In this document: positions 1-10,967 of the stretch, piece after piece | Numbering within the stretch: the stretch's first letter is position 1 | Layout: every line of letters begins with the position of its first letter | Origin: Verrucomicrobiota bacterium | GTDB lineage: Bacteria; Verrucomicrobiota; Verrucomicrobiia; Limisphaerales; AAA164-E04 | Direction: 5' to 3' | Assembly (NCBI GenBank): GCA_047947115.1 | Contig: CP170459.1 | Span: 1,024,001-1,088,000 of the forward strand | DNA length: 64,000 nt | Made by a program: the position numbers and the translations under genes | The notes under the pieces: generated by a model | What the model saw: only the letters and a program-made list of their open reading frames with translations | Told to the model about the DNA's origin: nothing | The model's database searches: none

Positions 1-1
1 C

Positions 2-874
2 CAGGGCTTGGTTTTTCTAGACGGAAAGTTCATCGAAGGCACAGGCATCTACGGTAGATCTTCCCTGCGCTTGGTCGATGTTGGAACAGGAACAGTCAAC
101 CGCCAAATTCCTTTGGCAACCCAATACTTCGGCGAAGGAGTTGCGGTGGCGGGCAATGCGATCGTTCAACTCACTTGGCGTCACGGAATCGCCTTCATCT
201 ACGATCTGGAATCCTTCGATCAAGTTGGTTCCATTCGTTACGCAGGCGAGGGATGGGGACTCACTTTTGACGGTAAACGATTCGTCATGAGCAACGGCAG
301 TTCCTCCATCACGTTCCGCGATCCGACCAACTTTTCATTTCTCAGCAACATCACCGTCACCGATGATAACACTCCGGTCCGAAACTTGAACGAACTCGAA
401 TGGATCAACGGTGAGATCTGGGCCAACCAATGGCAAACCGATCGCATCGCCCGCATCTCACCAGACACCGGTGAAGTACTGGCATGGATCGACCTGGAAG
501 GCATCTTCGACTGGCAATCACTGGGAAACACGGATGCCGTGTTGAATGGCATCGCCTATGATGCGGCAACTGATCGCCTCTTTGTAACCGGCAAACTCTG
601 GCCCTGGATATTCGAAATCAAAGTGGCTGAACAAGGCTTGCCTGACGCCACAGAAATCAGCATTGCCACCCCAGTCAATGACGCATTGAGCATCACCTTT
701 CCGACCTTTAAAAAAGCAAGCTACCTACTCGAGCGACTCACTGATCTCAACCCGACCACCCAAGCAATCACGGAAGACACCATCACCGGAACCGGACACC
801 CCATCACCCGCACCCTACCCGTGCTCCAGGATGAACAGGCGTTCTACCGAATTGTGGGACTACCATTGAGGTAA
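2..874 (+). CDS. Glutaminyl-peptide cyclotransferase (bacterial/plant-type QC), 5' end outside the window, with an added C-terminal ~60-aa module
   Basis: QGL at the window edge, FGEG, QLTW, GEGWGLT, LNELEWING, ANQWQTD and VLNGIAYD...LFVTGKLW motifs; tail ends QAFYRIV. Confidence 0.9.
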   Translation, partial: QGLVFLDGKFIEGTGIYGRSSLRLVDVGTGTVNRQIPLATQYFGEGVAVAGNAIVQLTWRHGIAFIYDLESFDQVGSIRYAGEGWGLTFDGKRFVMSNGSSSITFRDPTNFSFLSNITVTDDNTPVRNLNELEWINGEIWANQWQTDRIARISPDTGEVLAWIDLEGIFDWQSLGNTDAVLNGIAYDAATDRLFVTGKLWPWIFEIKVAEQGLPDATEISIATPVNDALSITFPTFKKASYLLERLTDLNPTTQAITEDTITGTGHPITRTLPVLQDEQAFYRIVGLPLR

Positions 875-876
875 AC

Positions 877-911
877 CATGCAAATTAAACATTGGATGTT
901 AAATTTGCATG
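877..911. terminator. 16-bp-arm hairpin directly after the QC stop; probable terminator or operator
   Basis: CATGCAAATTAAACAT-TGG-ATGTTAAATTTGCATG, one mismatch. Confidence 0.5.
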
Positions 912-1169
912 CTTGATTTAAAAACGACCGGACCAAAATTCGAACACCTTCTGCCCTCGTATAACCTAAGCGCATTTTGGAATGCTGTTGCTCGACACAG
1001 CCTTGGATACGTCCAGGAAAGGTTGTTATGTCCTACTGCCCTCCACAATCCATCTACTATTTGTGGGCCCAGCCAGAGTAAAAGTTCGCGTCTGTAGTAT
1101 TCGAATACCAACTGCGTGGGCGGATCGTATCCAAAGCGGCATCAAGCAACCGCAGTCAGTATCGCATTT

Positions 1170-1494
1170 TGGAATGCTCCGAGGCATCGGAGCTCTGGAT
1201 TTGGTTCCCTCGCAAAGATAAGCTCCGGACTTCAAAGGAACCTACTCCTCACCCCAAAGCTTTAGGCAAGACGGCGTTTTCCTTGTCGAGAATGATTGAT
1301 TTGCTGATGCAATTCTGGAGAACCTGCGGGTATCAGCGTTTTGGACACCTTGCGACAACTTTGTGTGCGAAGGATTATTCTGTGTGGTCATTTACCCTTA
1401 TGGCAAGGTGTGGGGTGTTGGATTGTGAGTTGAGATGAGTATGCGCGTGTGTATTCGGACCGGATCCAGAGCTCCGATGTCTCAGAGCACTCCA
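1170..1494. repeat. Inverted pair of GGA(G/A)TGC-type REP-like hairpins
   Basis: TGGAATGCTCCGAGGCATCGGAGCTCTGGAT at 1170-1200 and a near reverse complement at 1464-1494; related units at about 1129, 3530 and 30733. Confidence 0.6.
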
Positions 1495-1564
1495 GAGGGC
1501 GATTGAAAAACTTGCATGTTCTTCAAAGGAGTGATCAGATGGTAGGGTCCACCCAGCTTCAGCC

Positions 1565-1930
1565 TCAGCGATAGTCTACATCAGCAGGATCCGGCCTTGG
1601 GATAACCGGTAAATCTACAATGTTCACCTCTTGGATAATATCATCCACATGAGTCGAAGCACCAGGAATGATGCGGAAAACTCTGAGTTTGGCATTTGCC
1701 AACCAATCCGCAGGCAGCGGATTGGTTTTTAATTCAGTATCAGGCATTAAAAAGGTAAGCACCACCGATCTGTAGCCTACGTTGCACACGGTTTGCATTC
1801 CTGAGTAGGCCGGTATGATAGAAGGCGCACAGACTTGTTTGACGTCTTCGTTGACTAACATGAATCGCAAGTTTCCCATGCCCCACCTGGGATCATGATC
1901 ATCAGAACCCGTTGGAAAAATGGGCCCCAT
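1565..1930 (-). pseudogene. Hypothetical ORF or gene fragment abutting the IS5 left end
   Basis: 121-aa ORF whose frame stays open up to the IS boundary at 1945; no recognisable family. Confidence 0.35.
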
Positions 1931-1945
1931 GGTGTGGAGTTTATA

Positions 1946-2786
1946 GAAGGCATCTCATAAATAAATATTGTACTTTTAGCGATAAAGTACAGTAGTTATG
2001 GATGGACTTGAGCGAAGCACAATGGAATATCGTCGAAGACATCTTGCCAGAAGACCCTGTAAGGGAAGATCGACGCGGTCGCCCTTGGAGTGACAGGCGA
2101 AAAACACTCAATGGAATCCTTTGGATATTGCGAACGGGTGCGCCATGGAAAGACATGCCTTCACGGTATGGTGCCTATCAAACCGTTCATCATCGCTTTC
2201 AAAACTGGGTTCAGGATGGAGTTCTCGAAAAACTCCTTTTGGCAATTGCCAAAGATCTCCAGGAACGAGGCGGTTTGGATCTCAGTGAATGTTTCGTAGA
2301 TGGCACTTTCGTGCCGGCCAAAAAAGGGGGTACCTCGTCGGCAAAACAAAGCGAGGCAAAGGCAGCAAGATCATGGCAATTGCAGACGGCGCTGGTCTTC
2401 CTGTCGTCATATGCGCAGCCAGTGCTTCGCCAGCTGAAGTAACGCTGGTTCGGTATACCATAGAGCATCGAGTTGTAGAGAATACACCTGAAAAACTGAT
2501 CGGGGACAAAGCTTATGATAGTGATCCATTGGATCGAGGAATTGAGGAATTATTCGGAACTGAAATGATAGCGCCAAATCGACGGGGGCGGAAAAAATCC
2601 AATCAAACACAGGACGGTCGTAAGCTGAGACGATACAAACGACGATGGAAAGTCGAACGTCTGTTTGCTTGGCTCTTCAACTTCAGGCGACTGGTTGTGC
2701 GTTACGAATACGATGCTTTAAATTTCATCGGGTTCATCCACCTTGCCTGTGCGATGATCCTAATGCGGCATTTATGAGATAGCTTC
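1946..2786 (+). mobile_element. IS5-family insertion sequence (IS427-like group), about 841 bp
   Basis: Terminal IRs GAAGGCATCTCATAAAT / ATTTATGAGATAGCTTC; TA on both sides (1944-1945 and 2787-2788); two-ORF transposase. Confidence 0.9.
2002..2777 (+). CDS. IS5-family transposase, orfA/orfB joined by a -1 frameshift
   Basis: orfA LSEAQW...[16 protein letters not shown]...YG...VDGTFV; orfB GDKAYDS and [13 protein letters not shown]; slippery A6G5 run at 2320-2330. Confidence 0.9.
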
Positions 2787-3172
2787 TACCAAACTACCGG
2801 AACGGAGTATTCCCTGAATTTGCGGTCTTTGCTGATCAAGGTCAGGTTTTCTATCAAGGCCTGACAAATGAGAAGCCGGTCAAACGGATCCCGATGATGC
2901 CATGGAAGACGTTCGTTCTGGCGACAGTGATGCCAATGAACCGGAAGATCCTGAATGCGATTGAGTTTTTTTTCTTTCTCCAACTGATCGATCCAATCAG
3001 CACTCAATTCCAGTTTGTTCAGTGACAATTTGACGGTGAGTTCCCAAAAACTGGCGGCGCTCCAGTAAAGCACATTTTCCCCGTCTTCAATGATACTGCG
3101 GGAGGTGATCCCCAGTTCATCGGGATCCGTCAACAACCAGAGCATAACATGCGTATCCAACAGATAATTCAT
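2786..3172 (-). CDS. PIN-domain (VapC-family) toxin
   Basis: LLDTHV, SAASFWE, HRDPFDRLLICQA and LISKD motifs; overlaps the antitoxin stop. Confidence 0.92.
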   Translation of the reverse strand: MNYLLDTHVMLWLLTDPDELGITSRSIIEDGENVLYWSAASFWELTVKLSLNKLELSADWIDQLEKEKKLNRIQDLPVHWHHCRQNERLPWHHRDPFDRLLICQALIENLTLISKDRKFREYSVPVVW

Positions 3173-3399
3173 CTCATGAAGGACTCAAACTCTTCCAAAG
3201 GTTCATCAAAATCCGGAGCAACGTATTTGACCAGATTCTTGCATCGTCCAAGTTCTCTTTTTTGCTGCGCCCCTTCCACGGGTGTCAGTTTCACCAGAGG
3301 TTGTTTACCTCGAGCAATGACAATCTCTTCTCCTGCCAAAGCACGTTGGATGAGCTTGGAAAAATGAGTCTTGGCTTCGTGTATCCCAACCGTTTCCAT
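3169..3399 (-). CDS. Phd/YefM-family antitoxin
   Basis: VGIHEAKTHFSKLI...GEEIVIARG...DFDEPL. Confidence 0.92.
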   Translation of the reverse strand: METVGIHEAKTHFSKLIQRALAGEEIVIARGKQPLVKLTPVEGAQQKRELGRCKNLVKYVAPDFDEPLEEFESFMR

Positions 3400-3415
3400 A
3401 GTTTACACCTTATCG

Positions 3416-3432
3416 GACTAACTTGGTTAGTC
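3416..3432. promoter_or_regulatory. Putative TA autoregulation operator
   Basis: GACTAAC-TTG-GTTAGTC perfect inverted repeat 17 bp upstream of the antitoxin start. Confidence 0.55.
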
Positions 3433-3565
3433 AAGCTGGATGATTGCGAGACTTCCCTATACCCCGCCGGTTCATACCCCGCAAAAAGGAAGGTGCGGGG
3501 ATAAGCATACCACAATGTTTCCCTATGGTATCCAAAGCGGTGCTGCACACCGCACTCCAAATTTG

Positions 3566-3799
3566 TCATCGAGATATCGGTGACCAAAGGTAATTCTTTT
3601 TCGTGGAAGGATCAGCAGGAGCATCTGCAAGCACTCCAACACAATCTGACATCGCTTCCAAACCATTCTCTTTATGAGAAAACTCTCTTTGTATGAGATT
3701 ACATACAATATCACTCTCGGATTGTCCCATGTGACATGCAGTGGCATCCAGCGGTGCTGCCGTATCTTCATCCAACCTTATGATGATTGATGAAACCAC
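3566..3799 (-). pseudogene. Degenerate ribbon-helix-helix (CopG-like) antitoxin-type ORF
   Basis: IIIRLDEDT...GQSESDIV N-terminus and PADPSTKKNYL tail resemble RHH antitoxins; no adjacent cognate toxin. Confidence 0.45.
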
Positions 3800-3922
3800 A
3801 CATGCATAATATGACGACGCGCCTGGTGCTTCAGGAACACAAGATTCTTATTCAATTCAATTCGCCAATTCCCCCCCAAACGATCCTTGCACGTTTAATG
3901 GGGAGTCCTACACTGGGCGGCC

Positions 3923-4924
3923 ATGGCATGGAAAGTATTGATAACGGCACGGACATTTGAGGTGGTGGGGAAACCCGCGATCGAGTTTTTGAAATCCAAG
4001 GGTTGCGAGGTGACCATTCCTCCGAAATGGGGTCCCCTCTCGGGCAGCGAATTATTGGAACAACTGAGTGGACACGATGCAGTACTCTGCAGTCCGGACG
4101 CATATAACGCGGATGTTTTCGCTTCGAACGAAGGCAGCAACTTGAAGATCATTTCGCGTTGGGGCGTCGGTTACGATTCCATCAATGTGCCGGACGCCAC
4201 AGCTGCCGGAATCCCGGTCGCTTACACCCCCGGTCTTTTGGACGAAGCGGTAGCTGACTACGCCTTCGCGCTGCTCCTGACCATGGCGCGTCGCACCCAC
4301 AGCGTCCATCAAACCATGCGCGAAGGTGGTTGGGCGGTCGAGTGGGGTGTCGATTTGGGTCAGAAAACACTGGGGATCATCGGCTGCGGACGCATCGGGC
4401 GGGCCGTGGCCAAGCGCGCTTCGGGTTTTGACATGCGGGTGTTGGGCTACGATGTCATGCCTCATCCTGATGCCAAGGCGATGGGTGTGGATTTCGTGGA
4501 TCTCGACACGTTGCTCAAGGAAAGTGATTTCGTCAGCATCCATGCCGCTTTGACCGAGGAAAACAAAGGCATGATCGGCACCGAGCAATTGAAGTCCATG
4601 AAACAGGAAGCCTTGCTGGTAAATACCGCCCGTGGCGCACATGTCGACGAAGCGGCTTTGGTTCAGGCTCTCAAAGAAGGCTGGATTGCCGGCGCGGCTT
4701 TGGATGCCTATATCAAGGAACCGCTCCCCGCCGACCATCCATTCCGCACCACACCCAATCTGCTCATGTCCCCTCACCAGGCCTCCAGCAGCAAAGAAAC
4801 GGGCGAACGCGTCAGTTTGGCGGCAGCGGAAGCAATTGTGGATCTGATGGAAGGTCGTCGGCCAAAGTTACTCGTCAATGCCGACGTATTGGATCAACCC
4901 CAACTTCGCGCCCAACTCAAGTAA
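3923..4924 (+). CDS. D-2-hydroxyacid/phosphoglycerate dehydrogenase family protein
   Basis: ISRWGVGYD, GIIGCGRIG, LVNTARG, AALDAY..EP and SPH motifs. Confidence 0.92.
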   Translation: MAWKVLITARTFEVVGKPAIEFLKSKGCEVTIPPKWGPLSGSELLEQLSGHDAVLCSPDAYNADVFASNEGSNLKIISRWGVGYDSINVPDATAAGIPVAYTPGLLDEAVADYAFALLLTMARRTHSVHQTMREGGWAVEWGVDLGQKTLGIIGCGRIGRAVAKRASGFDMRVLGYDVMPHPDAKAMGVDFVDLDTLLKESDFVSIHAALTEENKGMIGTEQLKSMKQEALLVNTARGAHVDEAALVQALKEGWIAGAALDAYIKEPLPADHPFRTTPNLLMSPHQASSSKETGERVSLAAAEAIVDLMEGRRPKLLVNADVLDQPQLRAQLK

Positions 4925-4955
4925 ACCGGCAACACAACGACTTTATTACAACGAC

Positions 4956-5750
4956 ATGAAAACCAATCACGTCAAAGCCAAACTCAAACGCGGCGAAGCC
5001 AGCATCGGCACCTGGTTATCGCTCCCGGATCCCACCACCGCCATGTTGATGGCCAACGTCGGATTCGATTGGCTCAACCTCAACATCGAACACATGCCCA
5101 TCGGCGTGGAAACCGCCTCCCTCTGCTATTCCGCCATCGCCGGCACCAACACCGTTCCACTGGCCCGTCCGGCCTGGAATACAGGAGAGAACATCAAGCG
5201 CGTGTTGGATAATGGTGGTTGGGGTGTCATTCTGCCGATGATCTGCAGCAAATCAGATGCAGAGCTAGCCGTCGATTCCACGTTCTACGCGCCAATAGGA
5301 TCACGATCTGTCGGAGGCATGCTGCACGCGATCAGTTACCAAACCGATCCTGCGACCTATTACGAACGCGCCAACGAGGAAGTGCTGCTCGTACTCCAAC
5401 TCGAACATGTCAAAGCCATCGAGAATGCAGACAAGATTTTAAGCGTGCCCGGCGTTGACGCCTTTTTTATCGGGCCCAATGACCTGTTGAAATCCATGGG
5501 TGAAAAACCCGGCTGGGACAGTGACAAACAGGAGTTTATCGACGCTCTCAAACACCTTCAGGAAGTCGGTAAAAAGTATGGAGTCGCGTCCGGCATTCAT
5601 GTTCCAGATGTGGCCTCCGCCATACGCCGCCGCGAGGAAGGATTTCAATTCATCGCTGTCGCAAGCGAAGCCGGCATGATGCTCTCCAAAGCACAGGAAA
5701 TGGCCAAAGCACTGGGTTGTGGTAAAGAAAAAGAAGTCGCCAAATACTGA
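4956..5750 (+). CDS. HpcH/HpaI-family class II aldolase
   Basis: GFDW...EH, KRVLD.G, QLEH, FIGPNDL; start moved to MKTNHVK. Confidence 0.9.
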   Translation: MKTNHVKAKLKRGEASIGTWLSLPDPTTAMLMANVGFDWLNLNIEHMPIGVETASLCYSAIAGTNTVPLARPAWNTGENIKRVLDNGGWGVILPMICSKSDAELAVDSTFYAPIGSRSVGGMLHAISYQTDPATYYERANEEVLLVLQLEHVKAIENADKILSVPGVDAFFIGPNDLLKSMGEKPGWDSDKQEFIDALKHLQEVGKKYGVASGIHVPDVASAIRRREEGFQFIAVASEAGMMLSKAQEMAKALGCGKEKEVAKY

Positions 5751-5956
5751 GGGAGGTCCCGCCCCAGGTAGGGTCATCCCGAGAAATCGGGACTGCGTGA
5801 CCGCGAGCGCGTTGGTAATATGCGAGAACTTAATGTAGAATGCGTACTCGCCACCGGACGCGCAACAGCGCTTCCCTACCAGCTTGACATTGGATTTCTC
5901 CAACCAACCCAGCCAGTGAATCCTGTTCATCCTGTCTAAAAAACAAATCGCTCACC

Positions 5957-8689
5957 ATGCAGCGCAAAAAGTGTTCAAACAGTTCCACCGACGTCATCCG
6001 CATCATAGGAGCCCGGGAGCATAATTTAAAAAATGTCTCACTGGAAATCCCGCGTGATCAGTTCGTCGTGATCACCGGAGTCAGCGGATCCGGTAAGAGC
6101 ACGCTGGCGTTTGACATCATTTTCTCCGAGGGACAACGCCGCTTTCTCGATTCCATGAACGCCTACGCCCGGCAATTCGTCGAACAGATGGCGCGACCCG
6201 ATGTGGACCGGATCGAAGGCCTGCCCCCCACTGTCAGCATTGAACAACGCAACTCCCAGGGAGGAGGCAAAAGCACGGTCGGAACCGTGACGGAGATTCA
6301 TCAGTTTCTGCGTTTGTTATTCGCTCGACTGGGCACGCCTTATTGTCCGGACTGCAACCTGCCTGCCAGCGCTCAAACATCGGACGCCATTGTTCGCGCC
6401 CTGCTGACACAAAGCAAAAAACGCGGTCCCCTCAGCATTCTGGCACCCGTCATACGCAATCGCAAAGGCTTCCACAGTGAAGTGGCTGAATGGGCATTGA
6501 AGCACGGATACAAACGACTGCGTGCCGATGGTGAATGGTATGACAGCTCCGAACCGTTCAAATTGGTACGTTTCAAGGAACACGATGTCGAAGTGGAAAT
6601 CGGCATTCTGAAATCGGGTCGCAAGATCACACCAACAGCAGCAGCGGAACTGATAGAAACAGCTCTCGAAATCGGCAAAGGCATTTTATTCGCAGTGGAT
6701 GAGTCGGGAGAACTCAGCATGCATTCCACGCAGCAGGCGTGCCCGTCCTGTGGTCATTCATCACCTCCACTGGATCCAAAATTGTTTTCCTATCACTCCT
6801 CGCGTGGGTGGTGTCCCGAGTGCCGCGGATTTGGCGAACTCTTTTACCTGCCTGAAACCGAGCGCGGGGCGCGAGCCGATGCCATTGAGGAATCCTGGTT
6901 TCACTGGCAGGAAGGCAAACGAGAAACTTGTCCCTCATGTCATGGTGCCCGATTGAACCTGCAAGCGCGGTCCGTAAGGCTGGCTCTGAAAGGGTACCCG
7001 GAAAAACTACCCCAAATACCAGATTACCAGTTTCTGGAAGTACCACCCACCATCGGTGCCTTTTCAACGTTGGCGGTCAAGGATGCACTGGACTTATTTG
7101 ATGGCATTGTATTGGAAGGACGGGAAAAGGAGATTGCACGGGACATATTACCTGAGATTCGCGAAAGACTTTACTTTCTGAAAGAAGTCGGCCTCGACTA
7201 CATGCAACTCGGCCGAAGCGTCACCACTTTGTCCGGTGGTGAAAACCAGCGCATAAGGTTGGCTGCTCAATTGGGTTCCACCCTGTCCGGGGTGCTCTAC
7301 GTGCTTGATGAACCGACCATTGGGCTCCACGCCCGCGATAACGAACAGTTACTCGGCGCATTAAAACTGCTGCGTTCACGGGGCAATTCTCTAATTGTCG
7401 TCGAGCACGATGAAGACACGATGAGGGCCGCCGATTACATAGTGGATCTCGGACCGGAAGCTGGCATACGCGGAGGTGAAATCGTCGCGGCGGGTACGCT
7501 GAAACAACTTTGCTCCGACAAAGCCTCGGTCACCGGACAGGCATTGAAGGAAACCCGCACTTACCCGATGCACGGCGCAATTCGTCCAGTAGACCTTCCC
7601 GAACTCAATCAGCCAAAGAGCAAAAAGCAGGCACCGAAGAAAAAGCAGTCCGAAAAACTCACTCCCTGCATGACCTTGAGTCATGCGACCCTGAACAACC
7701 TCAAAGACCTGACCGTTCAGTTTCCGTTGAACCGTTTCATTCTCGTCACAGGTGTCAGTGGTTCTGGCAAAAGCAGTCTGATTCGTGAATGCCTGGTTCC
7801 GCTGGCAAAAGCCGCCGTCGAAGCAAAGGGTGCTGCCACTTTGGGAGAAATGAACCTGGAAGGTTTGGAATCAATTGCTGCGGTGCACGAAGTGGATCAA
7901 TCCCCGATCGGGCGCACACCGCGTTCGACACCGGGTACATATGTCGGATTCTTTGACGAAATTCGCAAGCTGTTTGCCCAAACACCCGAAGCACGCATGC
8001 GTGGGTATCAGCCTGGTCGATTTTCATTCAACAGCAAAGTCGGTCGCTGCCCCGAATGCGAGGGCATGGGTGCTATCAAGATGGAAATGAATTTCCTGCC
8101 CCCAACTTATACGCATTGCGAAACGTGTAAGGGCAGCCGCTTCAATCCCCAAACCCTCGACATTGAATACCGCAACAAGAACATCGCCCAAGTTCTGGAC
8201 TTGAGTGTTGCCGAAGCAATCGACTTTTTCGAACCCGTCCCGAAAGTGCGGCGTGCCTTGGAAGCGTTGCGTGATACCGGACTGGATTACTTAAGTCTTG
8301 GACAAACAAGCCCAACCCTAAGCGGCGGGGAAGCCCAACGACTGAAACTCGTCACCCACCTGCTGACAGGATTAAAACCGGGCAAAGACTCCCTGCGATC
8401 ACGTCACACCGCAAAGTTGTTTGTTCTGGAAGAGCCCACGATTGGTTTGCATCACTCTGATGTGCGACGATTGGTGGAAGTGCTGCATCGCCTGGTGGAC
8501 GGAGGTCATACCGTCATCGTCATCGAGCACCACCTCGAACTCGTCGCCGAAGCGGACTGGGTCATTGACCTGGGACCGGAGGGCGGTGATGCGGGAGGCT
8601 CCGTCGTAGCCCAAGGCCCCCCTACCAAAATCGCCCAATGCAAAGCGAGCTATACCGGCAGGTTTCTAACAAAACTGCTGAAAGGGTAG
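5957..8689 (+). CDS. uvrA: Excinuclease ABC subunit A (UvrA family)
   Basis: GAREHNLK, two Walker A motifs GVSGSGKS, two LSGGE signatures, CxxC zinc fingers, DEPTIGLH. Confidence 0.95.
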   Translation: MQRKKCSNSSTDVIRIIGAREHNLKNVSLEIPRDQFVVITGVSGSGKSTLAFDIIFSEGQRRFLDSMNAYARQFVEQMARPDVDRIEGLPPTVSIEQRNSQGGGKSTVGTVTEIHQFLRLLFARLGTPYCPDCNLPASAQTSDAIVRALLTQSKKRGPLSILAPVIRNRKGFHSEVAEWALKHGYKRLRADGEWYDSSEPFKLVRFKEHDVEVEIGILKSGRKITPTAAAELIETALEIGKGILFAVDESGELSMHSTQQACPSCGHSSPPLDPKLFSYHSSRGWCPECRGFGELFYLPETERGARADAIEESWFHWQEGKRETCPSCHGARLNLQARSVRLALKGYPEKLPQIPDYQFLEVPPTIGAFSTLAVKDALDLFDGIVLEGREKEIARDILPEIRERLYFLKEVGLDYMQLGRSVTTLSGGENQRIRLAAQLGSTLSGVLYVLDEPTIGLHARDNEQLLGALKLLRSRGNSLIVVEHDEDTMRAADYIVDLGPEAGIRGGEIVAAGTLKQLCSDKASVTGQALKETRTYPMHGAIRPVDLPELNQPKSKKQAPKKKQSEKLTPCMTLSHATLNNLKDLTVQFPLNRFILVTGVSGSGKSSLIRECLVPLAKAAVEAKGAATLGEMNLEGLESIAAVHEVDQSPIGRTPRSTPGTYVGFFDEIRKLFAQTPEARMRGYQPGRFSFNSKVGRCPECEGMGAIKMEMNFLPPTYTHCETCKGSRFNPQTLDIEYRNKNIAQVLDLSVAEAIDFFEPVPKVRRALEALRDTGLDYLSLGQTSPTLSGGEAQRLKLVTHLLTGLKPGKDSLRSRHTAKLFVLEEPTIGLHHSDVRRLVEVLHRLVDGGHTVIVIEHHLELVAEADWVIDLGPEGGDAGGSVVAQGPPTKIAQCKASYTGRFLTKLLKG

Positions 8690-8712
8690 GACGTGCCGTC
8701 CCTGGCGCGTCG
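8685..8712 (+). repeat. GGTAG-type REP hairpin that supplies the uvrA stop codon
   Basis: GGTAG GACGTGCC-GTCCCT-GGCGCGTC; TAG at 8687-8689 is the uvrA stop. Confidence 0.7.
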
Positions 8713-8915
8713 CCTTAGCGTTGCCAAACATCATTTCACCCCGTAAAGGGAAGCCAAAAACATTCCAAAATCCAATCGCCTGTTTTGATCAAATATCATG
8801 CGGATCAACGTGCTCGATTTAATTTAAATGTCATAGGATTCATCGTTAGCATACAGCATTTGGCAATCCCTTCGCCCTTCAAATCGGGCGCCACGCAGTT
8901 CAATCTTTAGACAAT

Positions 8916-9092
8916 GGAGGGATGAGTTCCATCTCGTTCCCTAACTTCCCCCTAAAAAGCGTTCCTGAGCAAAACCGATGGAACGCGGGAAGACTGAGGT
9001 CCATCGAATGAATGGGACGTTTCCATTGCAGCTTGGAAAAGGTTTCAAAGCACTGAGGTTTGAAGTGGGTGTAAGACGGAGCTTACCCCTCC
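8916..9092 (+). repeat. About 175-bp REPIN/MITE-like element, copy 1
   Basis: Starts GGAGGGATGAGTTCCATCTCGT, contains TTCCATTGCAGC and AGGTTTGAAGTGGGT, ends CCCCTCC. Confidence 0.8.
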
Positions 9093-9191
9093 GATCAGGG
9101 ATATTTGTATTTTTCCGTCCGCGTCCTTCCAATCACTCATCCATAAAAAAAGCTTTTCTCTCCCAGCAAAGTCCTTACTTTGATGCGCCCT

Positions 9192-9608
9192 ATGGAAAAA
9201 ACGGTAGTATTGTTGAAACCTGACTGTGTTCAGAAGAATTTAATGGGAGAGGTCATCAAACGATTTGAGGACCAGGGATTTCGCATGGCAGCCTGCAAGC
9301 TGATGCAACTCGACGAACCCATCCTGCGCGATCATTACTCGCACTTGGTGGAGTTTCCCTTCTTTCCTGAAATTGTTGAATTCATGAGCAGTTCCCCCAT
9401 CCTGGCCATTGCCCTCGAAGGGGAGAACATCATCCAAAAAGTCCGCGACCTCCTCGGCCCCACGGATTCCACCCAAGCCGAAAAAGGAACCATCCGGGGT
9501 GACCTCGGCGAAGACAAGATGCGTAACATCGCACACGCATCCGATTCACCCGAAGCGGCTGCAGCCGAACTGAACCGGTTCTTCAAGGCTGGTGAGGTAT
9601 TGGGTTAA
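9192..9608 (+). CDS. ndk: Nucleoside-diphosphate kinase
   Basis: LLKPD, GTIRGD, NIAHASDS with the catalytic His. Confidence 0.97.
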   Translation: MEKTVVLLKPDCVQKNLMGEVIKRFEDQGFRMAACKLMQLDEPILRDHYSHLVEFPFFPEIVEFMSSSPILAIALEGENIIQKVRDLLGPTDSTQAEKGTIRGDLGEDKMRNIAHASDSPEAAAAELNRFFKAGEVLG

Positions 9609-9646
9609 AAGAACGGGAGCAGCTCAAAAATTAGAAATCCAAATCT

Positions 9647-9820
9647 GGAGGGATGAGTACCACCTCGTCCCATACTTTTCCCTTGGAGCCTCCCTGACCA
9701 AAAAACATGGAATTAGGAAAGCCAATGGTGTTCGAGATGCGGCTGCGTTTCCATTGCAGCCTGATAAAAGTTCGGATGTTCTGAGGTTTGAAGTGGGTGC
9801 AATGCGGCGATTGCCCCTCC
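9647..9820 (+). repeat. About 175-bp REPIN/MITE-like element, copy 2
   Basis: Same termini and internal blocks as 8916-9092. Confidence 0.8.
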
Positions 9821-9848
9821 TCTTTTCTAAAAAATGAACTGTGCCTTT

Positions 9849-9887
9849 AAAAAAGGACGTGCTCGATGTTGAGGGCACGTCCTTTTT
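9849..9887. terminator. Bidirectional rho-independent terminator
   Basis: A6-GGACGTGC...GCACGTCC-T5 between convergent ndk and the spondin gene. Confidence 0.8.
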
Positions 9888-10967
9888 GTTTCCCATACGC
9901 TTACTCGACACGCTTAATGACAAATTTGCCAAACGATGGAACCATCCCTTCATGAATCACGGGGGCTGATGCCAATGTTGTAATAGGGTTGTGGATCGCA
10001 GGTTCGGCATTGGGCGAAGTATAAGTCGTTCCACTATCGGTTCCGGCGTCGTAGGGAGCCAGTTCCAATGTCAAGGTATCGATCCATTGACCGCCAGGAC
10101 GCAGATCCACCCCATGAACACCCACAAACCAATCCGGGCTGGGAGCAATCATTGAAACCAAACTTAAAAGTGAATGGGCCGCGCTGGCCTCGAATTCCAC
10201 GCTGACACTTCCAGGTGACAATCCTATCCCCCCGCCGCTGATCAAAGTATCCGCCCATCCCATTTGGATGGCTTGTTGAATTTCGTCCATCAAAGGTGAT
10301 TTAGAACCGGTTTCGGCCATGCTTTCAATACCGGGGGACGCAAGTATTCCGGGTTCCCAAAGTTGCCCATTTTGATTGTGTGTCGCCCCAATGAGTCCGG
10401 AGAAATGCGGATTGCCCGGAAACATATCCGGATGAGTTGCGGCGCTCCAGGTTGAGTTGAAGGTCAGCCGAAACTTAGCCATGTCGTTCATCTGATTATT
10501 TTCAACCGAAACAACTCTGAAATAACCTTGGGAACCCTCACGCGCTATGGAAGCCATGGTTTCGTCTGTCGGCAAGCCCACGTTCATCCACTCGGCCATG
10601 CCGGCTTGAGCTTTCATTTGAACCTGGTACGGAGGAAGCCCCCCCATCCATTGTATCTCCAATTCATTCTCTGTTAAATTCAACGAAGTAATCCGAAGGG
10701 CCTGCCGGGCATTCAAGGCGAACAATGGGTAATCCGGTCGCTTGAAATTGGCTTCCATAAACATGGGTTCATCCAAAATCCCACCCATGCCAGGAGCTTT
10801 GAAACCGTCATGGATTCGCACCACTCCGTTTTCTTCCGGTCCTATGTTCGGCATCATCTGCCCGAGCAACGGTGTGGCTTCGGGAACCTCTATGTTTTGT
10901 TCCGTTCCTGCATCCAAAACCATGCCCCCACCCAGATGAACCGCATTCAGCATCAAGTTACCCATAT

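Noticed and set aside
899..1438. Short overlapping ORFs between QC and the IS5 region
   Set aside because: No motifs, and the region is occupied by REP-like repeats
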